The notes under the pieces: model-generated
What the model saw: only the letters and a program-made list of their open reading frames with translations
Told to the model about the DNA's origin: nothing
The model's database searches: none
Assembly (NCBI GenBank): GCA_013360215.1
Contig: JABWCP010000001.1
Location: forward strand, 215,144 to 279,143
Origin: a bacterium
Lineage (GTDB): Bacteria > CLD3 > SB21
DNA: 64,000 nucleotides
Direction of reading: 5' to 3'
Made by a program: the position numbers and the translations under genes
Shown: piece after piece, positions 1 through 9,456 of the stretch
How the letters are laid out: each line of letters starts with the position of its first letter
Position numbering within the stretch: the first letter of the stretch is position 1

Positions 1-541
<541 letters not shown>

Positions 542-1747
542 TTAATGAGCATTGATTGATGAAAAAACGGATCGCGCCGACGCGGGCGTTGCAGGCGTAT
601 TGTGTTGACACTGACGCAAAGCCGACGCCAAGTCTTCAATCAAATCGGATGTTTCTTCGATACCGACCGATAAGCGTACAATCCGGTCATTGATACCGGC
701 TTTTTCCCGCAACTCGGCATCCATCGAAGCATGAGACATTGTGGCCGGATGTTCGATCAGGGATTCTACGCCGCCGAGGGACTCCGCCAACGTAAACAAT
801 TTGGTACCTTTGAGAAGCCGGCGCATAGACTCCGAGTCCCCGTCCAGTTCAAATGAAACCATTCCGCCAAAACCGTATTGCTGACATCGAGCCAAGGCAT
901 GATTTGGATGTGACGGAAGTCCGGGGTAAAAAACCCGCCGTACCTGGGGATGTTCGGAGAGAAATCGCGCTACCGCCAGCGCATTGCGCTCATGCGCTTG
1001 CATGCGCGCCACAAGAGTTTTGATTCCGCGCAGTACAAGCCAGCAATCAAAAGGCGCCGCACCCAAACCCAATGCGTTGACAAGAAATTTGAGACGCTCG
1101 GCCAAATTTGAGTCCTTGACAACCACGGCACCGCCGACTACATCGCTGTGACCGTTGAGATATTTAGTCGTCGAATGCACGATGATATCGGCTCCCAATT
1201 CAAATGGCCGCTGGAAATACGGTGAGAGAAATGTGTTATCTACAATGGATAAACCTCTTCGTGCACGCGCTATAGCCGTAATCGCTCGGATGTCCACGAT
1301 ATTGAGCAACGGATTGCTTGGCGTTTCGATCCATATTCCGCGCGTTTCAGGCAACCATGCAGCTTCTACCGATTTCAGATCACACATGTCTACATACGTA
1401 ACACGCAGACCAAACAATTCACTGTACGTCCTCAGTAATCTTTCTGTGCCGCCGTAACAATCATGTGTACACAAAATATGATCGCCGCTTTTGAAAAAAT
1501 GCAGCGCCGTCGCGACGGCCGCCATTCCTGTAGCTACGGCACGCGCGCATATCCCACCTTCAAGCGCGGCTATATTTTCTTCCAAAGCCGAGCGCGTCGG
1601 ATTGCCCGAACGCGTATAATCATATCCTTTAGTAAGTCCCGTCTCTTCAAATCGAAATGTCGAAGACGTATAGATCGGTGTGGTGACGCTGTTGTAGGCC
1701 GTATCTTTGTTGACGCCGGCATGGATCGCAGAAGTTCCGAATTTCAT
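542..1747 (-). CDS. metB: Cystathionine gamma-synthase/lyase (PLP-dependent, Cys/Met metabolism)
   Basis: Motifs YDYTRSGNPTR, IETPSNP, VDNTF, HSTTKYLNGHSD and AESLGGVESL. Confidence 0.88.
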   Translation of the reverse strand: MKFGTSAIHAGVNKDTAYNSVTTPIYTSSTFRFEETGLTKGYDYTRSGNPTRSALEENIAALEGGICARAVATGMAAVATALHFFKSGDHILCTHDCYGGTERLLRTYSELFGLRVTYVDMCDLKSVEAAWLPETRGIWIETPSNPLLNIVDIRAITAIARARRGLSIVDNTFLSPYFQRPFELGADIIVHSTTKYLNGHSDVVGGAVVVKDSNLAERLKFLVNALGLGAAPFDCWLVLRGIKTLVARMQAHERNALAVARFLSEHPQVRRVFYPGLPSHPNHALARCQQYGFGGMVSFELDGDSESMRRLLKGTKLFTLAESLGGVESLIEHPATMSHASMDAELREKAGINDRIVRLSVGIEETSDLIEDLASALRQCQHNTPATPASARSVFSSINAH

Positions 1748-1764
1748 GATGTTCCTTTCATTTT

Positions 1765-1803
1765 AAAAAAAATAAGCCTCTCCCGGGAGATTGGAAGAGG
1801 CCT
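1765..1803 (-). terminator. Intrinsic terminator of the SAM-I expression platform
   Basis: Minus strand reads GGCCUCUUCC-aaucucc-cGGGAGAGGCU followed by a U-run, just upstream of metB. Confidence 0.8.
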
Positions 1804-1811
1804 AGGCTTCT

Positions 1812-1947
1812 TCTCTCATCTTTCCCGAAACCAATACCGTTCGGTATCGGCGGGCAGGATGCGGCACCGGGCATGCACAGGACGTCACTATGCATCGGTT
1901 GCCAAGGCTTCACAGGGCCTGATCCCTCAGCCTTTCGCGATAAGAGT
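1812..1947 (-). ncRNA. SAM-I (S-box) riboswitch aptamer
   Basis: Minus strand reads CUCUUAUC gcgaaaggcugAGGGAucaGGCCCugUGAAGCCuuGGCAACC...GGUGCC...AAAGAUGAGAG. P1, kink-turn P2, P3 and P4 are recognisable, and it lies upstream of met genes. Confidence 0.95.
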
Positions 1948-1992
1948 GTATGTCGTTGGTTGTTTAAGTCATTTTATTCTTTGTTTGAGTGT

Positions 1993-2028
1993 AAAACAAA
2001 AAGCCCTTCCGTTTTATCGGAAGGGCTT
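1993..2028 (-). terminator. Attenuator terminator downstream of the Met/Cys leader ORF
   Basis: Perfect 11-bp stem AAGCCCTTCCG (2001-2011) / CGGAAGGGCTT (2018-2028), followed on the minus strand by UUUGUUUU. Confidence 0.88.
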
Positions 2029-2053
2029 GAAGTAAAAATATTCTACTTATTTG

Positions 2054-2155
2054 CTATAAATGGATATAGCCCTTCCGCGTACAGGTGCACATGCACATCT
2101 GCATCATCGTGGGCATTATATTCTGAGCTGTTTTTGTGTTGCTAAATAAAATCAT
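2054..2155 (-). CDS. Putative Met/Cys-rich attenuator leader peptide, MILFSNTKTAQNIMPTMMQMCMCTCTRKGYIHL (33 aa)
   Basis: Manual translation shows 5 internal Met and 3 Cys codons clustered in codons 14-25. An antiterminator segment at 2068-2077 is complementary to the terminator 5' arm. Confidence 0.8.
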   Translation of the reverse strand: MILFSNTKTAQNIMPTMMQMCMCTCTRKGYIHL

Positions 2156-2163
2156 AATGAAAT

Positions 2164-2193
2164 AATATATACGCCGCACCCCACCCTTGTCAA
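2164..2193 (-). promoter_or_regulatory. Sigma70-type promoter for the leader-metB-metY transcript
   Basis: TTGACA (2193-2188), 18 nt spacer, TATATT (2169-2164). Predicted start falls within a few nt of the leader ATG. Confidence 0.65.
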
Positions 2194-2240
2194 GAGGAAT
2201 CATCGTTTTGTCTAAAAAACTTTTCATTTATTTGATTTTT

Positions 2241-3293
2241 TTATTCCAATAAACCTTTAGCGTGAAGCAATTCGGCATTGAGTACCGCTCCTCCGGCCGC
2301 ACCACGAACCGTATTATGAACCAAACAAGAAAACTTGAGGTTGCCTGAACGGTCGTATCGAATACGGCCGACCGACGCAGCCATTGATTTTTCCAAAGTA
2401 ACATCACGGCGCGGTTGCGGACGGTCATCGCCTTCGATGACGACGATAGGTCTTATCGGCGCGAGCGGTAAATTCAGTTCCTGCGGCGCACTTTTAAATT
2501 CAGACAACTTTTGTTTGATATCGCCGATTGCAGGCTGCTGTTTTAATTTCGCTGTAACACTCGCCAAGTGCCCGTCCAATACGGGAACTCGGTGTACGGA
2601 GGCGCTGATCGCAATCGAAGCGAACTGAATGCGATCCTGTAACATTTGTCCCCAAATTTTTAAAGGTTCGGTTTCAATTTTTTCTTCTTCACCGGAAATA
2701 TACGGAATCACATTTCCTAAAATATCCATCGAAGGCACGCCCGGATAACCGGCGCCGGAAATCGCTTGCAGTGTGGTCACATCTACCGATACGACACCGT
2801 AATGCTGATGCAATACATGCACAATAGGAACAAACCCCATGATCGCACAGTTGGAATTGGTTACAATATACCCTCGATCAAAACCGCGATTCTTTTTCTG
2901 AATTTCTATTAACCGCGTGTGATCTGCATTGACCTCCGGAAAAAGCAAAGGTACATCTTCATCCATCCGGTAATTTTTGGCATTACTTACGACAACATAA
3001 CCGGCGCGGGCCAACTCCATTTCGATCGCGCCGGCAACTGAAGAATCCAATGCCGAAAACATCACACGCGCATCCATTCCCGGAGAACATGGCTGCACGA
3101 TCATTTCCCCGATACGCGAAGGCAAAACACTGTCCAGTTTCCATGTATTGAGATCGTTGTATTTTTTCCCGACGGATCGTTCCGAAGCCGCCAATGCAGT
3201 AATTTCAAAATATGGATGGGCGTGAAGCAATTCGATGAAACGCTGACCCACCGTGCCTGTCGCTCCCAAAATTCCTACTTTTATTTTTTTCAC
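2241..3293 (-). CDS. asd: Aspartate-semialdehyde dehydrogenase (archaeal/peptidoglycan-lacking type)
   Basis: Motifs GILGATGTVGQRF, SNAKNYRM, NSNC, QAISGAG and RVPVLDGH; GTG start with AGGAG RBS. Confidence 0.95.
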   Translation of the reverse strand: MKKIKVGILGATGTVGQRFIELLHAHPYFEITALAASERSVGKKYNDLNTWKLDSVLPSRIGEMIVQPCSPGMDARVMFSALDSSVAGAIEMELARAGYVVVSNAKNYRMDEDVPLLFPEVNADHTRLIEIQKKNRGFDRGYIVTNSNCAIMGFVPIVHVLHQHYGVVSVDVTTLQAISGAGYPGVPSMDILGNVIPYISGEEEKIETEPLKIWGQMLQDRIQFASIAISASVHRVPVLDGHLASVTAKLKQQPAIGDIKQKLSEFKSAPQELNLPLAPIRPIVVIEGDDRPQPRRDVTLEKSMAASVGRIRYDRSGNLKFSCLVHNTVRGAAGGAVLNAELLHAKGLLE

Positions 3294-3303
3294 ATTGACT
3301 CCT

Positions 3304-3334
3304 AAAAAAAATTAGCCGGGCTGTGAACCCGGCT
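3304..3334 (-). terminator. Intrinsic terminator immediately upstream of the asd RBS
   Basis: Stem AGCCGGG/CCCGGCT (3314-3334), followed on the minus strand by AAUUUUUUUU. Confidence 0.75.
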
Positions 3335-3369
3335 GTTATTAAAAATATATAAATAACTAGATCAGACGT

Positions 3370-3468
3370 TCAGCGTCGCATTCGATGGTGCATAACCATA
3401 CGTTTTCGCTTACCGTTAGACATTCGGCACGAAAGTATGTTCGTTAATTTTAGCGCTGAAATCTTCAT
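3370..3468 (-). CDS. Candidate asd leader peptide, MKISALKLTNILSCRMSNGKRKRMVMHHRMRR (32 aa)
   Basis: Manual translation; Lys/Met/Arg-rich 3' half, and the stop codon overlaps a possible antiterminator. Confidence 0.45.
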   Translation of the reverse strand: MKISALKLTNILSCRMSNGKRKRMVMHHRMRR

Positions 3469-3516
3469 TTATTAAATCGTTTTTTATTATCAATTATTCT
3501 TCAATACTAACTTATA

Positions 3517-4056
3517 CTAAAGAGAAACGAAAAAAGCAAATCCGGTTATTGCGATAGCAATAGAACCCAGTACCATACTGAACAACCAAAGTTTGCGATT
3601 GCCTGCGATCATTGCCACAGCCGCAAGAATGATGGCTATTTGATAGAAACCTTCGGCATAGTCGTATTTATCTTCGATCTCAGCCGCCTGATCGGAAAGC
3701 TTCTCGTGCTCTTCCGCTTTGGCTTTTATCTCTTTTTTCTCCGTATCATAACGTGCTACTTCCGCATCAAACTTCTCAAGCTTAACCTGAATTTCTTTTT
3801 TATAGCTTTCGGCCAGGGACGGATCAGCGAGTTGTGTTTCAAACATTTTACGATTTACTTCATAGAGCGCTTGTTTGGTGCTCTTCGCTTGGAAATACGA
3901 CCATTGATTATTGGCCAAACCGCGATGAATCATGATATCATCATTGGCATTGCCGCCCAAAATGGAAGAAATGGATAAAAATACGCCGATAATCGCCGTG
4001 CTCAACGCCGCGCCTTTTTCCAATAGTTCGTCATTTTGTTCCTTTTCATCAGCCAT
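3517..4056 (-). CDS. DUF4337-like membrane protein
   Basis: N-terminal TM, the motif NNQWSYFQAKSTK, a coiled coil and two C-terminal TMs. Confidence 0.75.
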   Translation of the reverse strand: MADEKEQNDELLEKGAALSTAIIGVFLSISSILGGNANDDIMIHRGLANNQWSYFQAKSTKQALYEVNRKMFETQLADPSLAESYKKEIQVKLEKFDAEVARYDTEKKEIKAKAEEHEKLSDQAAEIEDKYDYAEGFYQIAIILAAVAMIAGNRKLWLFSMVLGSIAIAITGFAFFVSL

Positions 4057-4096
4057 AAATATTTCTCCTCCTAAATATTAAACTGAACCTTAAAAT

Positions 4097-6670
4097 TTAT
4101 TCCCCTTCATTAAAGGAAATCGATTCGTTTTCAGGTTGTTCTTTCATCACCGACGTATCCGCCGGCAAAATCTCTTCGTGATTGCAAGTCATACATAAAA
4201 GGAAATCACCTTTACGTTTGCTGGTCTTTTTGACCATAAACGCAGCATCGCAATGCGGGCAACGTGTTGCTACCGGCTCGTTCCACGATACAAAATCACA
4301 ATTAGGATAATTCGCACAACCGTAGAAAAATTTACCATACCGTGAACGACGGCGTATCAACTGACCGCCGTCTTTAGGACAAATCACGTCTTTGATAATA
4401 TCATCCGGATGCGCTTTAGCCGTTTTACAAGTCGGGTAATTGGAACAACCGAGAAACTTGCCGCCGCGACTTTGGCGCACAACCATAGGACTTCCGCAGT
4501 TCGGACATTTTTCATCGGTCACTTCCGGCGGTGGTGCGGCTTCGCCGTCTTTAGACACTTTTTTGATATTCTTACATTCCGGATAACCTGTACAGGACAT
4601 AAATTTTCCAAAACGACCCCACTTGATTACCATCGGTTTACCGCAGATTTCGCAAGTCTCATCCGTTTTTTCCTGCACCGATTCTTTGATCGCATCTTTT
4701 TTACTTTCCACATCCTTCATGTTTTTTACGAAAGGATTGTAGAAATCATCGAGCACTTTTTTATAACCCAGTTCGCCGGATTCGATCTTATCCAGTTCTT
4801 CTTCCATCTCCGCGGTAAACTGGACATTAAAAAGCGCATTAAAATGATCGTTCAGCACTTTATTGACACTCTTACCGAGATCGGTCGCATACAGCTTGCG
4901 CTCGCGCAGTTCGGCGTATTCGCGTTCCACGATCGTACCGACGATCATCGCGTAAGTGCTGGGACGGCCAATGCCGATATTGTCTAATTCTTTTATGAGC
5001 GAACTTTCCGTAAAACGTGCAGGCGGTTTGGTAAAATGCTGCTCCGGCAAAAGTTCATGCAACTTGAGTACATCATTGATCTTCAGATTGGCCGGCAGTA
5101 AACCGCTGTTATCCTCTTCTTCACCATTGTCCTGCGTTTTATCACCTTCGTCGCGACCTTCTTCATATACCTGCAAAAATCCTTTAAAAGTCACAACGGA
5201 ACCTGTAGTACGAAACAGGTATTCGTCGGCGGAAATATCAATGGTCGTCTGATCCAGCTCGGCCGGAGTCATCTGCGATGCTACAAAACGATTCCAAATC
5301 AATTCGTACAGTTTGGCCTGCTGCGGCGTGAGATATTTATTTACGGTTTTAGGCGTGAATTTCACATTTGTGGGACGTATCGCTTCGTGCGCATCTTGCA
5401 CATTGGCTTTTTTACTTTTGAACTGATTAGGCGTATGAGGAATATATTCGCGGCCGTAGCTGCCCATGATATATTCACGCACCGAAACCAACGCTGTATC
5501 GGCTACACGCGTAGAATCCGTACGCATGTAGGTAATAAGACCCGTAAGTCCCTCGCTGCCAAGATCAATACCTTCATACAGCTGCTGCGCGAGCATCATG
5601 GTCAACTTAGGTGAAAAACCGAGCTTTCGTGAAGCTTCCTGTTGTAGCGAGCTCGTAACAAAAGGCGCCGAGGGATTACGTCGCGCTTCACGCTTGCGAA
5701 TATCTTTGATCAGAAAATTTTTCTTACGAATGTCTTCAACAAAACGGTGTGCAACGTCGCCGCTGGCTATATCTACTTTTTTCCCGTCTATAGAATGCAG
5801 ATGCGCCAAAAAGGCCTCTGTCGGTTCATCCTGCACTTTTGCATGGATGCTCCAGTATTCCTGGGGAACAAAAGCATTGATTTCTTCTTCACGTTTGCAA
5901 ACCAGTTGCAAAGCGACGGACTGTACGCGACCTGCCGACGTCCCGCGGCGAACAACGCCCCAAAGGTATCGACTCACACCATAACCGACGATGCGATCCA
6001 GTACACGGCGCGCCTGCTGCGACTGAACTAATTTGGGATCAATTTTCGTCGGTGTGCGCATTGCCTCTTCGACACCGCTTTTGGTGATTTCATTAAAAAG
6101 TACACGCGATATGCTGGGATTATGCTTTTCGATTTCACCGGCGATGTGCCATGCGATCGCTTCACCTTCGCGATCAGGGTCGGTCGCGATAAATACGTTT
6201 TTTGTGGAAGCGGCCAACGTTTTTAGTTTACGGATGACATCCTGCTTGCCGTCAATAATGCGGTACTCGGGGGTAAAACCGTTTTCGATATCAATACCGA
6301 GTTTATTCGACGGAAGATTTTTGATGTGCCCGACCGAAGCTTCGACATGAAATGATTTGCCTAAGTATTTATTGATCGTTTTGGCTTTGGAAGGCGACTC
6401 GACGATCACCAGCGATTTATTGGTACGCTCAATATTATCGGGTATTGTGATCTCAATGTCTTCTTTGACCGTCTTAGCACGAACAAACGGTTTACGACCG
6501 CCGCGTGTACGTTTGGCGGGTGCGGATTCGACGGCTGTTTTTTCCTCCGCGACGGAGGTTTTTGTTTTTCTAACCGATTTTTCCTTAACCGGCTTTTCAG
6601 CGGTATCCGATTTGACGGCTTTAGGCTTAACGGTTTTTGTAGTCTTCTTTTTTCCGGATGATACTGCCAT
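4097..6670 (-). CDS. topA: Type I DNA topoisomerase with C-terminal zinc ribbons and a basic N-terminal extension
   Basis: Motifs LVIVESPSKAKTI, ATDPDREGE, SAGRVQS, LITYMRTDS and GIGRPST, plus C4 zinc fingers. Confidence 0.97.
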   Translation of the reverse strand: MAVSSGKKKTTKTVKPKAVKSDTAEKPVKEKSVRKTKTSVAEEKTAVESAPAKRTRGGRKPFVRAKTVKEDIEITIPDNIERTNKSLVIVESPSKAKTINKYLGKSFHVEASVGHIKNLPSNKLGIDIENGFTPEYRIIDGKQDVIRKLKTLAASTKNVFIATDPDREGEAIAWHIAGEIEKHNPSISRVLFNEITKSGVEEAMRTPTKIDPKLVQSQQARRVLDRIVGYGVSRYLWGVVRRGTSAGRVQSVALQLVCKREEEINAFVPQEYWSIHAKVQDEPTEAFLAHLHSIDGKKVDIASGDVAHRFVEDIRKKNFLIKDIRKREARRNPSAPFVTSSLQQEASRKLGFSPKLTMMLAQQLYEGIDLGSEGLTGLITYMRTDSTRVADTALVSVREYIMGSYGREYIPHTPNQFKSKKANVQDAHEAIRPTNVKFTPKTVNKYLTPQQAKLYELIWNRFVASQMTPAELDQTTIDISADEYLFRTTGSVVTFKGFLQVYEEGRDEGDKTQDNGEEEDNSGLLPANLKINDVLKLHELLPEQHFTKPPARFTESSLIKELDNIGIGRPSTYAMIVGTIVEREYAELRERKLYATDLGKSVNKVLNDHFNALFNVQFTAEMEEELDKIESGELGYKKVLDDFYNPFVKNMKDVESKKDAIKESVQEKTDETCEICGKPMVIKWGRFGKFMSCTGYPECKNIKKVSKDGEAAPPPEVTDEKCPNCGSPMVVRQSRGGKFLGCSNYPTCKTAKAHPDDIIKDVICPKDGGQLIRRRSRYGKFFYGCANYPNCDFVSWNEPVATRCPHCDAAFMVKKTSKRKGDFLLCMTCNHEEILPADTSVMKEQPENESISFNEGE

Positions 6671-6755
6671 AATTATGAATTTCTCTCAATCGTTATACAA
6701 AAAGCGGATTCAATTTATCAAAAAACGATGGAAATGCAAGATGGTGCGAAAAAAA

Positions 6756-8000
6756 CTATACTTCGGCCACCGGTTCCATCGCAACCGGCGCCTCGTCCAA
6801 TTTCAGATCACGGCTTTTGAGAATAAAAGCCATGACCGCGGCAACGGCCATCAGCACAAAAGCAAAATAATACGGTGATTTATGTCCGGCATAGTCATAC
6901 GCCGCACCGCCGATGAACGGACCGATCATCCGTCCTAAACTGGCAAAACTCTGTGCAATACCAAGAATCGAGCCTTGCTCTGACACATCGGCCAAACGCG
7001 ATGTAAGACCCATCGTCGTCGGCGCTAAACACGAACTGCCCATCGAGATCAACGCGGTCGAAATTATAAGTAAAACAATACCACCGATTGGCAAATATGC
7101 CGACAAAGGAAAAGTAATAAAACCGATCGCCATAGCGATAGCTCCAAAACTGATCAAACGCTGTTCACCAAAGCGGTGATTCAGTCTGCCGATCAAACCG
7201 CCTTGAATGATTACACTCACGATTCCGATTTCTACAAAAAACCATCCCATCGCCGAACTCGTCAGACGAAATGGCTCTTCCATAATAAACAGAGGGAACG
7301 TCGCATAGATACTGGAAAAAGCAATCGTCACAATAAAAAAGAAAATCATCAGTAAGCCCAGGTTTTCTTTTTTTATGGCGCGCTGTAAACCGCGCACATC
7401 TATAAGATGATGCGCTTTTATTTCATCCTGCTTGGTTTGTGCCAGAGATTCCGGCAGCATAAAATAAGCCATGAAAAAATTGATCAACGACAACCCCACT
7501 GCGATCCAACCGGGAATCGCAAAACGATACGCTCCAAACGCTTCGCCGGAAAAAACACCGCCGATTAACGGCCCAAAGACAAATCCAAGACCAAATGCCG
7601 CGCCGATCAATCCCATACCTTTGGCGCGTTCCTTGGCCGAAGTGACATCGCTGATATAAGCTTGTGCCACGGAAATATTCGCGTTACCGATCCCGGACAT
7701 GATACGTGCCAAAAAAAGCAACCACAGTGCGAACGCATTGGCAAAAATGATATATCCGATAACTGAACAAAATATCGTCACCAATAAAACCGGCCTTCTC
7801 CCGTAACGATCCGAAATACGTCCCCATAAAGGCATAAATAAAAATGACATGAGTGAAAAAACACTCAATAACAAACCGATCGTCGTGCCCGATGCGTCAA
7901 ACTGCTGCGCATAAAACGGTAATAACGGTATTACAATACCAAAACTTACCAGATCAATAAATACCGTAATAAAAATAACCGTAAGCGGAGAACGCTTCAT
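6756..8000 (-). CDS. MFS transporter (TetA/DHA1-like)
   Basis: 12-TM pattern with motif A GRISDRYGRRP and GLGFVFGPLIGG. Confidence 0.9.
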   Translation of the reverse strand: MKRSPLTVIFITVFIDLVSFGIVIPLLPFYAQQFDASGTTIGLLLSVFSLMSFLFMPLWGRISDRYGRRPVLLVTIFCSVIGYIIFANAFALWLLFLARIMSGIGNANISVAQAYISDVTSAKERAKGMGLIGAAFGLGFVFGPLIGGVFSGEAFGAYRFAIPGWIAVGLSLINFFMAYFMLPESLAQTKQDEIKAHHLIDVRGLQRAIKKENLGLLMIFFFIVTIAFSSIYATFPLFIMEEPFRLTSSAMGWFFVEIGIVSVIIQGGLIGRLNHRFGEQRLISFGAIAMAIGFITFPLSAYLPIGGIVLLIISTALISMGSSCLAPTTMGLTSRLADVSEQGSILGIAQSFASLGRMIGPFIGGAAYDYAGHKSPYYFAFVLMAVAAVMAFILKSRDLKLDEAPVAMEPVAEV

Positions 8001-8007
8001 ACAACTC

Positions 8008-9339
8008 CTATGATGCAGGCACTTCGGCTGACTTGGGAACTCGTACCATCGTCAGCAATATCATACCCAGAATAAAAAAAACTATTAGCGATACAATGGA
8101 TAAACGGGACGAACCGGTCGCTTGCCGAATGACGGCAAACACAAGCGGACCCCATATCGCAGAAAACTTGGTAAATACAGAATAAAACGCATAATACTCG
8201 GCAGAAGATTCTTTGGGAATCATCGCACCGTAATACGAACGGCTCAGCGCTTGCGACCCACCCATGACGATGCCGACCACCACGCCCAGCGCCATATATT
8301 CAGCCGAAGTAGTCATCCCATACGCATACAAGACGACCAACGACCACCCGACCAATGTCGTAAGAATCGCCTTTTGTGTACTCCAACGTTCGGCGAGTTT
8401 ACTGAAAAGTAGTGCACCGAACATGGCCACGATCTGGATCACAAAAAGTGTGATCATGAGTACCGAAGTCGAGAGACCGAGTTCTTCTTTCCCGTAGATA
8501 GTTGCCATGACTATCGTAGTTTGAATACCTTCGTTATACAACATAAAAGCGATAAGAAAAATTAACAGATACGGCGTGGAAACTATTTTTTTAAGTACAC
8601 CGACCGTCCGACGTAATCCGAGACGAATATACGCTATGACTTTGGGCGAACTTCTTAAATCATCAGGTATGTTTTCCGTCGCAGGCGCTTCGTGTACATA
8701 TTTCCAAGTAAAAATAGAAAACCCGGCCCACCACAAACCGGAAAATGCCAGTACCAAACGAACTGCCATCGTACCGGTCAATCCCAACGCATCGTGTCCT
8801 AAAATAAGACCGAGGCATAACAAAAACTGGATGTCGCTTCCGATATAACCATACGCGAAACCTTTCCCGGATACCCAATCCATCTGCCCGGGCGGAGCGA
8901 CATGCGGCAAAAAAGCGTCATAAAAAATGTTTCCGCCGACAAAACCGATTTGGGCGATGATCAGAAAAATCATAGTCATCCATACATCACCGGACCCGCA
9001 AAAAAACAGAAGTACGGTAAAAAGACTACCGGTATAACAAAACACCATCAGAAATTTCTTTTTGGCAGCGGTAAAATCAGCGATCGCACCTAACATCGGT
9101 GCACAAAGAAATACAAATAGCGCCGAGCTGCTGATCATAAAGCCCCACAGCGATGTCGCACTATACAGTGTGCCGCCGATATCAAAACCCTCTTTGGGTA
9201 CGACGACATCGGCAAAATACACCGGCAATACCGCCGTGACAACGGTAAGTATGAAGGCCGAATTGGCCCAATCGTACATACACCACCCCCAAATGGATTT
9301 TTTTTCAGAGGGCGTTAACGCAGGATGCCGGGATATCAA
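8008..9339 (-). CDS. MFS transporter (UMF1/ATG22-like)
   Basis: Motifs WCMYDWANSAF, FYDAFLP and GGSQALSRS. Confidence 0.88.
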   Translation of the reverse strand: MISRHPALTPSEKKSIWGWCMYDWANSAFILTVVTAVLPVYFADVVVPKEGFDIGGTLYSATSLWGFMISSSALFVFLCAPMLGAIADFTAAKKKFLMVFCYTGSLFTVLLFFCGSGDVWMTMIFLIIAQIGFVGGNIFYDAFLPHVAPPGQMDWVSGKGFAYGYIGSDIQFLLCLGLILGHDALGLTGTMAVRLVLAFSGLWWAGFSIFTWKYVHEAPATENIPDDLRSSPKVIAYIRLGLRRTVGVLKKIVSTPYLLIFLIAFMLYNEGIQTTIVMATIYGKEELGLSTSVLMITLFVIQIVAMFGALLFSKLAERWSTQKAILTTLVGWSLVVLYAYGMTTSAEYMALGVVVGIVMGGSQALSRSYYGAMIPKESSAEYYAFYSVFTKFSAIWGPLVFAVIRQATGSSRLSIVSLIVFFILGMILLTMVRVPKSAEVPAS

Positions 9340-9456
9340 TCGTTAGCTCCGTTTTTGTAGTCGCGCAAAATAAGCGATCATCCGTCGAATGTCAAATTGC
9401 AATTGCACAATGTTTGGCGATGTTCTATATTCCCCGCATTCAAAAAAGGAGTTATC

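Noticed and set aside
1463-2145. Plus-strand ORFs 1463-2035 and 1873-2145
   Set aside because: They are antisense to metB, the riboswitch and the leader, and have no recognisable protein features.
4409-6878. Many long antisense ORFs over topA (and over pruA, macAB and tamB)
   Set aside because: They are shadow frames of well-supported genes.
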